Shown one piece after another: positions 28,567 through 39,485 of a stretch of DNA of 64,000 bases. This DNA comes from Escherichia phage phiE142. Location of the stretch: sequence record NC_055709.1. The stretch is one strand, 5' to 3'. The notes below the pieces were generated by a model. The model ran no database searches, was not told where the DNA came from, and was given only the letters and a program-made list of their open reading frames with translations. Both the position numbers and the translations under genes were made by a program. Position 1 is the stretch's first letter. Each line of letters starts with the position of its first letter.

Positions 28567-28572
28567 TTAAAA

Positions 28573-29136
28573 TTATTTACCTAGTTTAGTTATTATAGCT
28601 TCGGCAGCAGCTTTTAGCTTAGATGCAGTGTTAATACGATTTTTAATTTCAGTATACGCATCGCCAAGAACATCAAGGCTATCAGAATAAACACTTACAC
28701 TATTGCGTTCGCTATTTGAAATAGAACCTTTAGTTTTACGATCAAAATCAGTGTACACGTCTTGAAGATCACGGGCCGCCTTCTTTGCATCATCCAATGC
28801 ATCAAGAGCTTTATTCAAAGCATTGACATATTTTTTAGTGTCAAACATATTCTTAGAAATTTTAACGGGTGCACGTTCAGGAGTAGCTAAGGCGGATTTA
28901 GGAACCTGCGTGCCAGATGCCAGTTTCTTAGAAATTTTGAAAAACGCTTTATTGAAACTATTTTCTTGACTCATCGTAAAAGAACTAGTATCGATGTTAT
29001 ACATTTCAATAGCTTTAGCTTTCCACTTAAGAAAATCGCCACGGTCTTTTGGATCCAAGTTGAAGAATACTTTAGTAAGATCTGCTTCAGATGGTAATTT
29101 TGCTGCTTCGGTTAAAAATTCGGCGTAGGTTTTCAT
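28573..29136 (-). CDS. capsid internal protein-like (CTS-bearing, 187 aa)
   Basis: MKTYAEFLTEA N-terminus. Confidence 0.6.
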   Translation of the reverse strand: MKTYAEFLTEAAKLPSEADLTKVFFNLDPKDRGDFLKWKAKAIEMYNIDTSSFTMSQENSFNKAFFKISKKLASGTQVPKSALATPERAPVKISKNMFDTKKYVNALNKALDALDDAKKAARDLQDVYTDFDRKTKGSISNSERNSVSVYSDSLDVLGDAYTEIKNRINTASKLKAAAEAIITKLGK

Positions 29137-29225
29137 TTAAAATCCTTGAAATAATTTATCGGTTGGTTATTAATTATTTATTACTTTGGTATTATCAGTA
29201 ACAGCATTCTCTGAGAGATTCAAAC

Positions 29226-29254
29226 TAAAAAGCCCCAACCTTTTGGCTAGGGCT
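29226..29254 (-). terminator. intrinsic terminator
   Basis: agcccctagcc...ggttggggct hairpin plus U-run on the minus strand. Confidence 0.5.
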
Positions 29255-29261
29255 AAGAATG

Positions 29262-29726
29262 TTATTTGATTTGTTTAGCAGACCAAATGCGGTCTTTAAT
29301 AAGTTTTTGGATATCTTCAACATACTCAAGGCTATGAGCGTGAGGATTATCTTTGAAGCTATGTGCTCGTGCCAGTTTCTGGCCTTCAGTTTTGATTACC
29401 AAAAGTTCTTTAAGAATTGCTTCATACTTAGAAATAATTCCTTTGGCGATATTTTTTTCTTGAGCTGCTTTAGGGCCCGCTTTTGGTGCTGGTGCTTTAC
29501 CTGTAGCTTTCTGGAACAATTCACCTGATGCAGCTAGGCTTTTAAAAACTCGGCTAACAGTATTAGCATTAGTAAAACCTTCGGCTTTAAAATCTCTAAT
29601 AAAACGGAAACGTTCTTCATCAGAGGCGTCTTTGTAAGAATATTTACCTGCTTGAATTGCTGCAATCGCAGCGGCTTTTACATCTGAACTAGATTGTTCA
29701 GTCAAAAATTCTGCATATGATTTCAT
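29262..29726 (-). CDS. capsid internal protein-like (CTS-bearing, 154 aa)
   Basis: MKSYAEFLTEQ N-terminus. Confidence 0.6.
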   Translation of the reverse strand: MKSYAEFLTEQSSSDVKAAAIAAIQAGKYSYKDASDEERFRFIRDFKAEGFTNANTVSRVFKSLAASGELFQKATGKAPAPKAGPKAAQEKNIAKGIISKYEAILKELLVIKTEGQKLARAHSFKDNPHAHSLEYVEDIQKLIKDRIWSAKQIK

Positions 29727-29773
29727 GTTACTTTTCCTAAGTTAATTAACTTATCTATTTATTATTATTATGC

Positions 29774-29802
29774 AAAAAAGCCCCAACCTTTCGGAAGGGG
29801 CT
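29774..29802 (-). terminator. intrinsic terminator downstream of the tRNA cluster
   Basis: gcccc-aacctttcggaa-ggggc hairpin plus U5 on the minus strand. Confidence 0.55.
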
Positions 29803-29853
29803 AAGCCTTGCGGCAGCCTTGTCGGGGTTCCACCTGCTAAGGCAAGTGTTTGT

Positions 29854-29944
29854 ACGAAACGCCGGGATTCGAACCCGGTTATTAAGCAGTTGACGCTACT
29901 CAATATTTTTAAAGGCCATATCTCGACCATATCCGAACGTTCCG
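29854..29944 (-). tRNA. tRNA-like element (about 91 nt, anticodon not resolved)
   Basis: canonical T-arm CCGGGTTCGAATCCCGG and 7-bp acceptor pairing CGGAACG/CGTTTCG; no encoded CCA; remaining arms do not fold cleanly by eye. Confidence 0.4.
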
Positions 29945-30114
29945 TCAAAAACGCTACTCGGCTTACGGCAAAGATATTTCCTCGAATCGATAATTCTGTG
30001 CGCCGTTTCTGCTGTGATGTAAGGGGATATTAACGAATCATAAAGATTTATTAAGACCAGTCCTTACTCAGGGAACATCAGTCCGACGACTTGCCGGTAG
30101 CGACCCGGCTTCTC

Positions 30115-30459
30115 TTATTTTGGCATATCATCAATTTGCTCTCTACGCCGACGCCATAGATTAATCGCTTCATAGGCACATTCTGCGTTTGGTATATGAC
30201 GGCAATAATATAATGATTCACGTTTCTGAAACCGATGTTGCAATGGGATTTCGTTTAAAAGGTCTTTGCGATCAAAGTATTCAAAACTAGTTAACCCGGA
30301 ACGGTTTTTAATGAACTTCCAATGACCGAATTCATTTTGAACATAGATGTAATCGGCATGCTGATAAAGTGAATTAATCAATCGATGAGAAATAACTGTA
30401 TCATATTCATTAAAATAAAACGTTAAATCATGAACTACTAAGTAAACATTACCTTTCAT
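30115..30459 (-). CDS. hypothetical protein embedded in the tRNA cluster
   Basis: ORF between tRNA-Arg and the tRNA-like element; start trimmed to internal Met to avoid overlapping tRNA-Arg. Confidence 0.4.
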   Translation of the reverse strand: MKGNVYLVVHDLTFYFNEYDTVISHRLINSLYQHADYIYVQNEFGHWKFIKNRSGLTSFEYFDRKDLLNEIPLQHRFQKRESLYYCRHIPNAECAYEAINLWRRRREQIDDMPK

Positions 30460-30477
30460 ATTTTCCTCACTTATAAT

Positions 30478-30554
<77 letters not shown>

Positions 30555-30560
30555 AATATA

Positions 30561-30634
30561 TGACCCAGACCAGATTCGAACTGGTAACCTTTCCCTTATG
30601 AGGGGACTGCTGCTAACCGTTGAGCTACAGGGCC
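30561..30634 (-). tRNA. tRNA with CAU anticodon (Ile2 or Met)
   Basis: T-arm ACCAG-TTCGAAT-CTGGT, anticodon loop CUCAUAA; acceptor has one U-U mismatch and the D-arm is irregular. Confidence 0.6.
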
Positions 30635-30713
30635 TAAATAACTTTCTATTATGAAAGGCACTTTAGAGCACCTTTGGTAATAGAGGGTATGAATTAATAA
30701 TAACACATAATTC

Positions 30714-31229
30714 TTAAAGCAAATCAATCATTTTAACAGTCGGCAAAATGATTTCTTCTTCAATATAAGCAAATTCAACACATTCAACTACACGCAAGAA
30801 ATCATAATCATAATATTCAGAAGCATGGCCAAGAATATCAATGAGACCTTCTGATACTAAATATCCATTCTCACGGAACAGGTCAAATACACGTGATTCG
30901 TCTTCTTCAGATTTATTACCAAGGTCGACTTCAATATCAAAGACCTTTTTAATGAATTCTGGATAAAGCTGGTCTGAGAACAGTCCTTCAACCAGATATT
31001 CGTAGATAATAAGCGAGCAATCACTGAATGGTGTATTACCGCAATAACGTTCGGCTTTGGTGCTAGAATGACGACTCTTAAATTTCTTCAAAAGATATTT
31101 AAACTGTTGGAGCTCATGCTCTTCCACTTCAAACAATGTTTTGGTTTTATAGTTGTCACCATCGTTTTCATAGGTAGTGACATCAATTACGTAACCTTTA
31201 GGTATTGTACTGCCTAAACAAATATTCAT
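30714..31229 (-). CDS. hypothetical acidic protein (171 aa)
   Basis: ORF only. Confidence 0.5.
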   Translation of the reverse strand: MNICLGSTIPKGYVIDVTTYENDGDNYKTKTLFEVEEHELQQFKYLLKKFKSRHSSTKAERYCGNTPFSDCSLIIYEYLVEGLFSDQLYPEFIKKVFDIEVDLGNKSEEDESRVFDLFRENGYLVSEGLIDILGHASEYYDYDFLRVVECVEFAYIEEEIILPTVKMIDLL

Positions 31230-31233
31230 TTAC

Positions 31234-31524
31234 TCACCGTACCATATTAATGTAATTATATTCAATGCAACGTAATTTCAAAGGATTCTTGAAAATATCA
31301 TATTCAAGAGGGCCTTTTTCTGTTTCAATAAAGAAATCAAAGTTAACTGTGTTAAATTTATAATCTTCACAGAGTAATTTAACTTGCGAAGACGAACGGT
31401 CGATATAAACCTTTTCAACCTCAAAGTTAGTCAGAATACCGTAGTCATCAACTAGTGCTTTAGCTGCACGTTGATCGCTTTCGTATCCGTTCTCAATAGA
31501 TGACACTTTAGCATAAAGAATCAT
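31234..31524 (-). CDS. hypothetical protein (96 aa)
   Basis: ORF only. Confidence 0.45.
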   Translation of the reverse strand: MILYAKVSSIENGYESDQRAAKALVDDYGILTNFEVEKVYIDRSSSQVKLLCEDYKFNTVNFDFFIETEKGPLEYDIFKNPLKLRCIEYNYINMVR

Positions 31525-31883
31525 GAATGTTCCACCACTTCAAAGCTATGGGCATCAACAATATGATACCAGTCAAAATTTTCTTCTGCGTTTTTATAAA
31601 TTTCGCGAAGAGCCTCAACGGTTTTTCCTGTAGCAACAAGGTCGTCAATACCACCAAGAGGATAACAGTCGTAACCAGCAAACAGAAGGAAATTAATAGT
31701 TTCTGTAGGTTCTGGATGCAGAACACCGTTATCATCTACCACTTCAAAGAAAGTGTAAGAAGGAGTACAAGTTTTAATCCAAGCCCATGCTTGAGCTGCC
31801 GAATCAAATGGTCTACGTATCAAACGACAATCAGGGTCTTTAGAAGGATTTGCTTCAAAATCTGCATATACATGATATTTCAT
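31521..31883 (-). CDS. hypothetical protein (120 aa)
   Basis: ORF; 4-nt overlap with the next gene. Confidence 0.45.
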   Translation of the reverse strand: MKYHVYADFEANPSKDPDCRLIRRPFDSAAQAWAWIKTCTPSYTFFEVVDDNGVLHPEPTETINFLLFAGYDCYPLGGIDDLVATGKTVEALREIYKNAEENFDWYHIVDAHSFEVVEHS

Positions 31884-32090
31884 TTACTCACCTTTTGCAA
31901 TTTTATCCATAACAATAGCGATTAAACCGATTAGAAATGCTACTACCAATGAGATAGAATTTTCGGTTGTTGTCAGTAGTCCGCAAATGAATCCTACAAA
32001 CATCGAAAAACTAAAAGCCATTGAAGCAATTACTACAGCAACATTACGAATCAGTTCAGCGCGTTTCATTTTATTTCTCCATTTACTCAT
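31884..32090 (-). CDS. hypothetical small membrane protein (68 aa)
   Basis: two hydrophobic helices. Confidence 0.4.
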   Translation of the reverse strand: MSKWRNKMKRAELIRNVAVVIASMAFSFSMFVGFICGLLTTTENSISLVVAFLIGLIAIVMDKIAKGE

Positions 32091-32139
32091 TTTGTTTTGA
32101 TAGGACTACTATAACATAGTCCTATAGGCTTGTATACCT

Positions 32140-32403
32140 TTATTTCAAATATATTGCGTATTTTTTATAGCCACCAGGCTCATGTCGAAGACCTTTATCA
32201 TTCGCAAAACGTTGAATGTTATTGAACTGATTTTCGTCAAGTTCGGATGTGTTAAATATGAAAAAGTTTCGTTTGTTACCAAGCGTGATATGCGGAGTTA
32301 AGTCAATGTTATACAAATTAAGAATATCAGCAATAACCTGATTGACCGCTTTGTTAATTTTCACACCAGACGATTCTGAGATGAATTCGTTGAAAGTTTT
32401 CAT
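32140..32403 (-). CDS. capsid internal protein-like (CTS-bearing)
   Basis: MKTFNEFISES N-terminus taken from the internal Met. Confidence 0.55.
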   Translation of the reverse strand: MKTFNEFISESSGVKINKAVNQVIADILNLYNIDLTPHITLGNKRNFFIFNTSELDENQFNNIQRFANDKGLRHEPGGYKKYAIYLK

Positions 32404-32464
32404 TTTAGGTTCCATTTTGTTGTTTTGTTAGGACTACTATAACATAGTCCTACCAAGATGTAAA

Positions 32465-32776
32465 CTATTTTATGCCTTTAGATGAAATAGTGTTCTGGCG
32501 TTTAACCCCAGTTTGTGAAAAATCATGGTTATCAATTTGGTCAACTCGCATAACACCAAACGCAGATTTAATTTTGGCCTTTGAACCTTTTTTGATACTA
32601 ATTACCATATAAGTGTCATTTTTCTTATATTCGTAATTTGATACTTCAACGCCTTGATTAGAAATTGACTTAATAATAGCATTAGCGTATTCATCATCTA
32701 ATGGGCCGTTAGTGTTAATAACAAAATTTTTATCCGCTTTAGTAGCTTCAGCGATGAATTCTTTATAGGTTTTCAT
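32465..32776 (-). CDS. capsid internal protein-like (CTS-bearing, 103 aa)
   Basis: MKTYKEFIAEA N-terminus. Confidence 0.6.
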   Translation of the reverse strand: MKTYKEFIAEATKADKNFVINTNGPLDDEYANAIIKSISNQGVEVSNYEYKKNDTYMVISIKKGSKAKIKSAFGVMRVDQIDNHDFSQTGVKRQNTISSKGIK

Positions 32777-32853
32777 TTTATTTCCTTGAGGCTGTTTATT
32801 TGATAGGATGATAGTAACACACCATCATCTTTATGTAAACTGTTTTGTGAAAA

Positions 32854-33539
<686 letters not shown>

Positions 33540-33543
33540 TTTA

Positions 33544-34278
33544 TTACCTTAAGATTTTTTCAATTTTAGAATAAAGCTCTTCTAACGAGCCGTCGTTTGT
33601 AATAACTAAGTCGCCTTCTTCAATAGGCAACCCAGCTTCTGTAATATGTTTATCAGTGGATTCCGTACCAGAGCGAACCACATGAATAACTGTAGCACCC
33701 ATCGCTCTAGCGGTTTCCATTTCATGGACTTGGCGTGTATCGGTCACAACGTAGTAATCGAAATCACTTCCAATATAATCCATATAATTTAATGCAAAAA
33801 GCTTAACCCAATACATACGGTCAAATAAATTAACGACAACATCCGTACCGAGGGCTTGCATAAGACGGCGGATCGACCATGTGTCGTTGATATTATTTAT
33901 AGCTTCACGCAAGGCTTCGTACGGTTTAATATCTAGATATGAATATCCACCTTCTAACGATGATAATACTTTAACATTATTAATTGGTAAATATTGACTT
34001 TGCAAATAAATTAGCGCTTCTTCCAATAATTCAATAACATCCAACTTATTGAGATTTAATGGTGTTTCACGGTCGTATCCAATGCCTTCAAAGTATTCAT
34101 ATTTCAACTCGGTGAATACATCAGGGTTTTCGACATGTTTACGCTCCCAAGCTATTGCTAGAGCGTCTTTAATTGGATATGCTAATTGATATTTTATGGA
34201 TTTAAAGTTTGAATTGATGTAATCAGCAGTAGTGTCTTTACCACTACGTTTGATGCCGCTTAAAAAGATTAGCTCCAT
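33544..34278 (-). CDS. 1: deoxynucleoside monophosphate kinase
   Basis: P-loop GIKRSGKDTTADYI; FDRMYWVKLFAL and ARAMGATVIHVVR match T4 gp1. Confidence 0.9.
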   Translation of the reverse strand: MELIFLSGIKRSGKDTTADYINSNFKSIKYQLAYPIKDALAIAWERKHVENPDVFTELKYEYFEGIGYDRETPLNLNKLDVIELLEEALIYLQSQYLPINNVKVLSSLEGGYSYLDIKPYEALREAINNINDTWSIRRLMQALGTDVVVNLFDRMYWVKLFALNYMDYIGSDFDYYVVTDTRQVHEMETARAMGATVIHVVRSGTESTDKHITEAGLPIEEGDLVITNDGSLEELYSKIEKILR

Positions 34279-34331
34279 AGGTTTTCCTCATATAATTTAT
34301 GAACGATTATAACATATGGAGCTAGAAGCGA

Positions 34332-34916
34332 TTAGCGCAAGGAAGGGTGTCTAGAAATGGATTTAGATTCGGCAGCCTGACGTGGTTGTTGAGATACAAT
34401 GACTTCACCGTCTTTTTCTATCGTCATATACGCGTAATGAATAGTTGCTACGCAAGTAACGGCAGGGTCAGAGTCTTCAGTGTAACTAAATTCAATTTCG
34501 CTCAAATCAGAAATCCATGGTTTATAGAAATTTGCCGTCAAAACCACTTCAGTCTTATTGTTGTTTAAAATGTGTAAAGTAACAAACTCAGGACCATCGG
34601 CATGGGCTGTATTATGACCGGTTATATAGTTATTAGTGCTGAGCATCCATTTATACATGTTCATCCAGGACGTCATGTCTTCATCAACTATAAATCGTAC
34701 AATAAAAGGGTCATATTCAAATGTTGTGCCTGCACGCATTGCACGCCCTAGCCCCATTGTGCCAGTCACAGTTTCAACAACAGGAATTCTCACACCAGGT
34801 AATGGAGCTGTTTGAGCATTAAGCACAAAACCTGAAGTTCGTGTACTATCCGGGATATCCACAACAAAGTTTGTTATATTTGTTTGGTTAAAAATCTGTC
34901 TCGCTGGACGAGTCAT
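34332..34916 (-). CDS. 3: tail completion / sheath stabiliser protein
   Basis: position between genes 1 and 2; start uncertain. Confidence 0.55.
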   Translation of the reverse strand: MTRPARQIFNQTNITNFVVDIPDSTRTSGFVLNAQTAPLPGVRIPVVETVTGTMGLGRAMRAGTTFEYDPFIVRFIVDEDMTSWMNMYKWMLSTNNYITGHNTAHADGPEFVTLHILNNNKTEVVLTANFYKPWISDLSEIEFSYTEDSDPAVTCVATIHYAYMTIEKDGEVIVSQQPRQAAESKSISRHPSLR

Positions 34917-35018
34917 AAGCACCTCAAAAACGCTTTAATAAAAATGCAGTATAATGGTTTTAGGTCTCTTCCATTAATCCGGTTTAGCAGAATATCAGAA
35001 GAACGGAAGAGAATAGAA

Positions 35019-35840
35019 TTAAGATTTCCAAACAGTATTCGCAGAGAAACGTTTTCCTTTTGACATAAACTGCTGAGTAGGTAACATGATTATGTTAGCC
35101 CAGTCTTTAGGAGCTATTTCTGTTATTGTTCCTCTAATGTGGCCTGGCAGGTATGCTTTAATCATTTTGTCAGCACCTTGAAATCCTTTCACCTTGCTCC
35201 AGTCTATCTTCAACTTTGTGTTATTAGTAATAGTAGTTGTGCTAGCATATTGCTTCAGCAATTCTTCAAGAAACTGTTGACGTGCTTTAGGCGGGATATA
35301 GTGCAAGTTTAGCCCATACATCAAATTATGTTTACCTAATCCTAAATAAATAATCAAAGGATATCTGTCCCAATACGGCAGAGTATCTTTATGTTTAGCA
35401 TCATACACGTAAGTATAAATTTTGCCTGGCGTAGGCTTGACTACTTTATGACCTTTTACACTTTTCTTAATTGTTTCAACAAACCATTTAGATGATTTGT
35501 TGTTTACTGCTGCGCCTTCATTTCTAATCTTTTCTCGTATTGAACTGCGAAACGAGTTTATCATCAGAAGTTGACGTTCTTGCTTATTGAGTTTATTTTT
35601 AGGTTTAGATTCAAGCGTTTCAATTTTCTGTGCAGTCTTAATAGATGATGCATATCTAGACATTGCAGATGTAAACGACGAGTATTTTATTCCTTTTGAT
35701 TCTGCAAATGCTTTTGCGGTGATTCCTTTCTCTTTAGCTTTCTTGTATTCTAATCCTATCTCAATCCATTTTCTTTCATTCATAGACTGAGCAATCTTAG
35801 GGGCTTGTACGCCTTCAGATATAATTTGGAATATGCTCAT
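35019..35840 (-). CDS. 2: DNA end-protector protein
   Basis: 273 aa, basic, in conserved position. Confidence 0.7.
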   Translation of the reverse strand: MSIFQIISEGVQAPKIAQSMNERKWIEIGLEYKKAKEKGITAKAFAESKGIKYSSFTSAMSRYASSIKTAQKIETLESKPKNKLNKQERQLLMINSFRSSIREKIRNEGAAVNNKSSKWFVETIKKSVKGHKVVKPTPGKIYTYVYDAKHKDTLPYWDRYPLIIYLGLGKHNLMYGLNLHYIPPKARQQFLEELLKQYASTTTITNNTKLKIDWSKVKGFQGADKMIKAYLPGHIRGTITEIAPKDWANIIMLPTQQFMSKGKRFSANTVWKS

Positions 35841-35842
35841 AA

Positions 35843-36292
35843 TTACCCCTTGTATCCGAGTTTCCTAAGTCCGTCTTCGGTTAGAACTCGAAATTTTATA
35901 TTTCTCTTTTCTGCGACAGCAGAAGCAGCTTTCCATTTGTCACAATTCACAGACCAGGTGTATATTTCATTCATATAACGTTTCTTTGCTGCGGTCGTAA
36001 GATTTGCAGGCTTAATAGGTGGCTGAGTTTCTTTCTTTGGTTTTATTTCTACAAAGAACTCTTGACCTGATGCATCTTTCATCCATATATCCATAAAGTA
36101 TCGACGTTTTTTACCTTCTGCGTTACAGAAATATGGAATTACTGCCGTTTCGCTGCCCCATGCAATAATTTCTGGATTTTTATCTAACCATTCGAAAAAG
36201 AATTTTTCCCAGTTTGAACGATACGTTATTTTGGTATGGTCTCCACGGTATTTTTTTAAATTTTTTGGGACCCATTTACCAGAGTAGGCCAT
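35843..36292 (-). CDS. 4: head completion protein
   Basis: start at internal MAYSGKW giving about 150 aa; divergent late promoter upstream. Confidence 0.7.
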   Translation of the reverse strand: MAYSGKWVPKNLKKYRGDHTKITYRSNWEKFFFEWLDKNPEIIAWGSETAVIPYFCNAEGKKRRYFMDIWMKDASGQEFFVEIKPKKETQPPIKPANLTTAAKKRYMNEIYTWSVNCDKWKAASAVAEKRNIKFRVLTEDGLRKLGYKG

Positions 36293-36303
36293 GTTGTCCT
36301 CCT

Positions 36304-36311
36304 TATAAATA
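36304..36311 (+). promoter_or_regulatory. late promoter TATAAATA for genes 53-5
   Basis: TATAAATA about 40 nt upstream of the gene 53 TTG start with GGAGAC RBS. Confidence 0.55.
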
Positions 36312-36318
36312 GTATTAT

Positions 36319-36326
36319 TATTTATA
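36319..36326 (-). promoter_or_regulatory. late promoter TATAAATA for gene 4
   Basis: plus-strand tatttata in the 4/53 divergent intergenic region. Confidence 0.5.
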
Positions 36327-36353
36327 CCAATTTCATATTGGAAGGAGACTATC

Positions 36354-36929
36354 TTGTTATTTACATTCTTCGACCCAATAGGATATAGTGCTAAAACCAT
36401 TAATAAGAATGCACCTACTATTCCTATGACAGACATATTTCGTAATTATAAAGAGTACTTTAAACGTGTTGCGACCAACTATAGATTACAAACTTATTAT
36501 ATTAAAGGTTCTCCACGCCCAGAAGAACTAGCAAATATCATTTATGGTAATCCACAATTATACTGGGTCCTTTTGATGTGTAATGACAATTACGACCCGT
36601 ATTATGGTTGGATTACATCTCAGGAAGCAGCGTATCAAGCGTCTATTCAGAAATATGCAAATGCTGGCGGAGACCAAATTCTTTATCATATTAACGAAAA
36701 ACGCGAGAAATTTTATAACTTAGTTTCATATCCAGATGAGCCATTAGTATGGTATGATAAAGGCGATAAAGCTCGTAAGTATCCACAATATAAAGGACCT
36801 TTAGCTGCAGTAGATACTTATGAAGCTGCTGTACTAGATAATGAAAAACTTCGTAAAATAAAAATTGTTGCAAAAGAAGATATAAACTCGTTTATTACTG
36901 ATTTGATTCGTGAGATGGAGATTGCATAA
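36354..36929 (+). CDS. 53: baseplate wedge subunit gp53
   Basis: MLFTFFDPIGYSAKT...GNPQLYWVLLMCNDNYDPYYGWITSQEAAYQ matches T4 gp53; TTG start. Confidence 0.85.
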   Translation: MLFTFFDPIGYSAKTINKNAPTIPMTDIFRNYKEYFKRVATNYRLQTYYIKGSPRPEELANIIYGNPQLYWVLLMCNDNYDPYYGWITSQEAAYQASIQKYANAGGDQILYHINEKREKFYNLVSYPDEPLVWYDKGDKARKYPQYKGPLAAVDTYEAAVLDNEKLRKIKIVAKEDINSFITDLIREMEIA

Positions 36930-38662
36930 TGGAAATGATTAGTAGTAGCCTTAATTGGTTCGTGGGTGTTGTCGAGGACAGAATGGACCCATTGAAACAA
37001 GGGCGTGTTCGAGTACGAGTCGTAGGACTTCATCCAGCGCAGAGAGCACAAGGTGACGTACAAGGTATTCCTACCGAAAAACTTCCATGGATGACTGTTA
37101 TTCAACCTATTACATCGGCATCAATGTCGGGTATTGGTGGTTCTGTTACAGGCCCTGTCGAAGGAACTCGAGTATATGGTCATTTCTTAGACAAATGGAA
37201 AACAAACGGTATTGTACTCGGTACATATGGTGGAATTGTACGCGAAAAGCCTAATAGACTCGAAGGTTTTTCCGACCCTACAGGTCAATATCCACGACGT
37301 TTAGGTAATGATACGAACGTATTAAACCAAGGTGGTGAAGCTGGTTATTATTCGAATTCTAACGTAATTCAAGACAACAACTTGGATTATGGTATAAACC
37401 CAGATGATACAGATTTAGCAAATATTCCAGAAGATGATGACCCTAATTTTACAATAACAGAAATGTTACGTCGTGATGAAGGTCTTCGTGATAAAGTGTA
37501 TTGGGACCATCTAGGGTATCCTACAGTAGGTATTGGACACCTTATCGTAATGGAAAAGACCCGAGACATGACTCGAATTAATAAATTGTTATCCGATCAA
37601 GTAGGGCGTGAAGTAACAGGAAATCCAGGAACTATTACATTAGAAGAAGCAACAGCTCTATTTGAGAAGGACCTTGCTAAGATGCAGAAAGACATTCGTT
37701 CTAATTCTAAAGTAGGTCCTGTTTATGCTAAAATGAACAGGTCTCGTCAAATGGCATTAGAAAACATGTGCTTCCAAATGGGCGTTGGCGGTGTAGCAAA
37801 ATTCAATACTATGCTTAAAGCAATGGCCACAGGTGATTGGAAAACTGCATACAAATCTGGGCGTGATTCATTATGGTTCCAACAGACTAAAGGGCGTGCT
37901 TCACGTGTAACAACAATTATTTTAACTGGTAATATGGAATCATATGGCGTTCCTGTTAAAACACCACCTTCACCAGGAGTCGGTGCCGATTTAGTTACTA
38001 GAAATACCGATCCAGAAGACCCGGCTGGTCCTCCTGTTCCATTAGATTCACGCATCCTTTTTAAAGAACCGGAATCAAGTTATCGTGGTGAGTATCCATA
38101 CGTTCATGCTATGGAAACAGAAAGTGGTCATATCCAAGAATTTGACGATACTCCAGGTAATGAACGTTATCGCTTAGTTCATCCAACAGGGTCATATGAG
38201 GAAGTTTCTCCATCCGGGCGTCGTACTCGTAAAACTGTAGAAGACCTTTTTGACATCACTAATGGTGATGGGAACTTTTTGATTTCTGGCGATAAGCTTG
38301 TTAACGTTGGTGCTAATGAAATATATTATAACATGGCAGACCGCCTCCATCAAATAGATGGCAATGACACAATCTTTATTCGTGGCAACCAAGTTAAAAC
38401 TGTTGAAGGCGATGGAACTCTTTACGTTAAGGGCAATATCAAAATAGTCGTTGACGGGAATGCAGATATTCTTGTTAAAGGCGATGCTAAAACTCAAGTT
38501 GAAGGGAATCATGACTATACTGTCAATGGTAATGTTAAATGGACTGTTAATGGTAATGTTGATATGACTGTTGCTGGGGATTGGGCAGAAACGATGTCTA
38601 CAATGAGCTCAATAGCTTCAGGACAATATACTGTTGACGGATCTCGTATTGATATTGGGTAA
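36929..38662 (+). CDS. 5: baseplate hub / cell-puncturing protein with tail lysozyme domain
   Basis: 577 aa; N-terminal OB domain, central lysozyme domain (RRDEGLRDKVYWD...GIGHL), C-terminal beta-helix VxGxxxx repeats. Confidence 0.95.
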   Translation: MEMISSSLNWFVGVVEDRMDPLKQGRVRVRVVGLHPAQRAQGDVQGIPTEKLPWMTVIQPITSASMSGIGGSVTGPVEGTRVYGHFLDKWKTNGIVLGTYGGIVREKPNRLEGFSDPTGQYPRRLGNDTNVLNQGGEAGYYSNSNVIQDNNLDYGINPDDTDLANIPEDDDPNFTITEMLRRDEGLRDKVYWDHLGYPTVGIGHLIVMEKTRDMTRINKLLSDQVGREVTGNPGTITLEEATALFEKDLAKMQKDIRSNSKVGPVYAKMNRSRQMALENMCFQMGVGGVAKFNTMLKAMATGDWKTAYKSGRDSLWFQQTKGRASRVTTIILTGNMESYGVPVKTPPSPGVGADLVTRNTDPEDPAGPPVPLDSRILFKEPESSYRGEYPYVHAMETESGHIQEFDDTPGNERYRLVHPTGSYEEVSPSGRRTRKTVEDLFDITNGDGNFLISGDKLVNVGANEIYYNMADRLHQIDGNDTIFIRGNQVKTVEGDGTLYVKGNIKIVVDGNADILVKGDAKTQVEGNHDYTVNGNVKWTVNGNVDMTVAGDWAETMSTMSSIASGQYTVDGSRIDIG

Positions 38663-38665
38663 TAT

Positions 38666-39181
38666 ATGGCACAAATACTTCCTTTAAATACCAACTTAGG
38701 AGAAGACATGGAAGGGGCGTCTATTGACGTCCTTTTTACTCCGCAGTTAGAAACTACCGAAACTTTGGTGTCAATAAATATAATAGATTATGAACCAACA
38801 CAAGGCATTACAGTTGACGGTAATCACTTATATGGAACATATGAAAGCGTATTTAGCTTTTCTTCAGATGCATTGAAATATCGATTAAACGATGATTTTA
38901 AAACTGCATCTTCATGGGAAGATTTACCACAAGACCAAAGCACTCAACTATATTTGTGGAGAGCTCCTCAGAACCTCCGTAAAGTATTTAGTTATACGGT
39001 TGAAATGATTTATAACTACCAAGAAGAAAGTTCATCAGGCGGTTCTAGAAGTGACTCTGGTACAGAACCTCCACCGGCTCCAGTACAAAAAACTCTTACT
39101 AAGGTTTATACAAAAACTATAGTAGGAAATTGGAGCAAATGGGCTCAACAATTACGAAACTATGTTTATGCGAGGCCATAA
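38666..39181 (+). CDS. 5.1: baseplate-associated protein gp5.1
   Basis: 171-aa ORF in conserved position. Confidence 0.6.
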   Translation: MAQILPLNTNLGEDMEGASIDVLFTPQLETTETLVSINIIDYEPTQGITVDGNHLYGTYESVFSFSSDALKYRLNDDFKTASSWEDLPQDQSTQLYLWRAPQNLRKVFSYTVEMIYNYQEESSSGGSRSDSGTEPPPAPVQKTLTKVYTKTIVGNWSKWAQQLRNYVYARP

Positions 39182-39183
39182 AA

Positions 39184-39477
39184 ATGTCTGGATTAAGTTA
39201 CGACCAGTGCGTTACAACAGGTCATGAAGCATGGCCTCCTACAGTAATTAATGCTTCTCAATCTAAAGTATTCACCGGCGGTATTCCTGTTCTTGTAGCA
39301 GGAGACCAAATAACACCTCATACAGAAATTAAAAAACCGTACGAGACTCATGGCGGTGTTACTGAACCTCGTACATCTAAAGTATATGTCACCGGTAAAA
39401 AGGCCGTTCAAATGGCTGACCCAATTTCATGCGGGGACACTGTTTCTCAGGCCTCGTCAAAAGTCTTTATAAAATAG
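39184..39477 (+). CDS. 5.4: PAAR-repeat spike tip protein gp5.4
   Basis: 97 aa from MSGLSYDQ; PAAR-like spike-tip assignment by size and position. Confidence 0.7.
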   Translation: MSGLSYDQCVTTGHEAWPPTVINASQSKVFTGGIPVLVAGDQITPHTEIKKPYETHGGVTEPRTSKVYVTGKKAVQMADPISCGDTVSQASSKVFIK

Positions 39478-39485
39478 GAATTAAA

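Noticed and set aside
37387-38709. Antisense ORFs within gene 5 (37387..37569, 37747..38055, 38192..38512, 38515..38709)
   Set aside because: Opposite strand of a well-supported structural gene; no RBS or promoter context.
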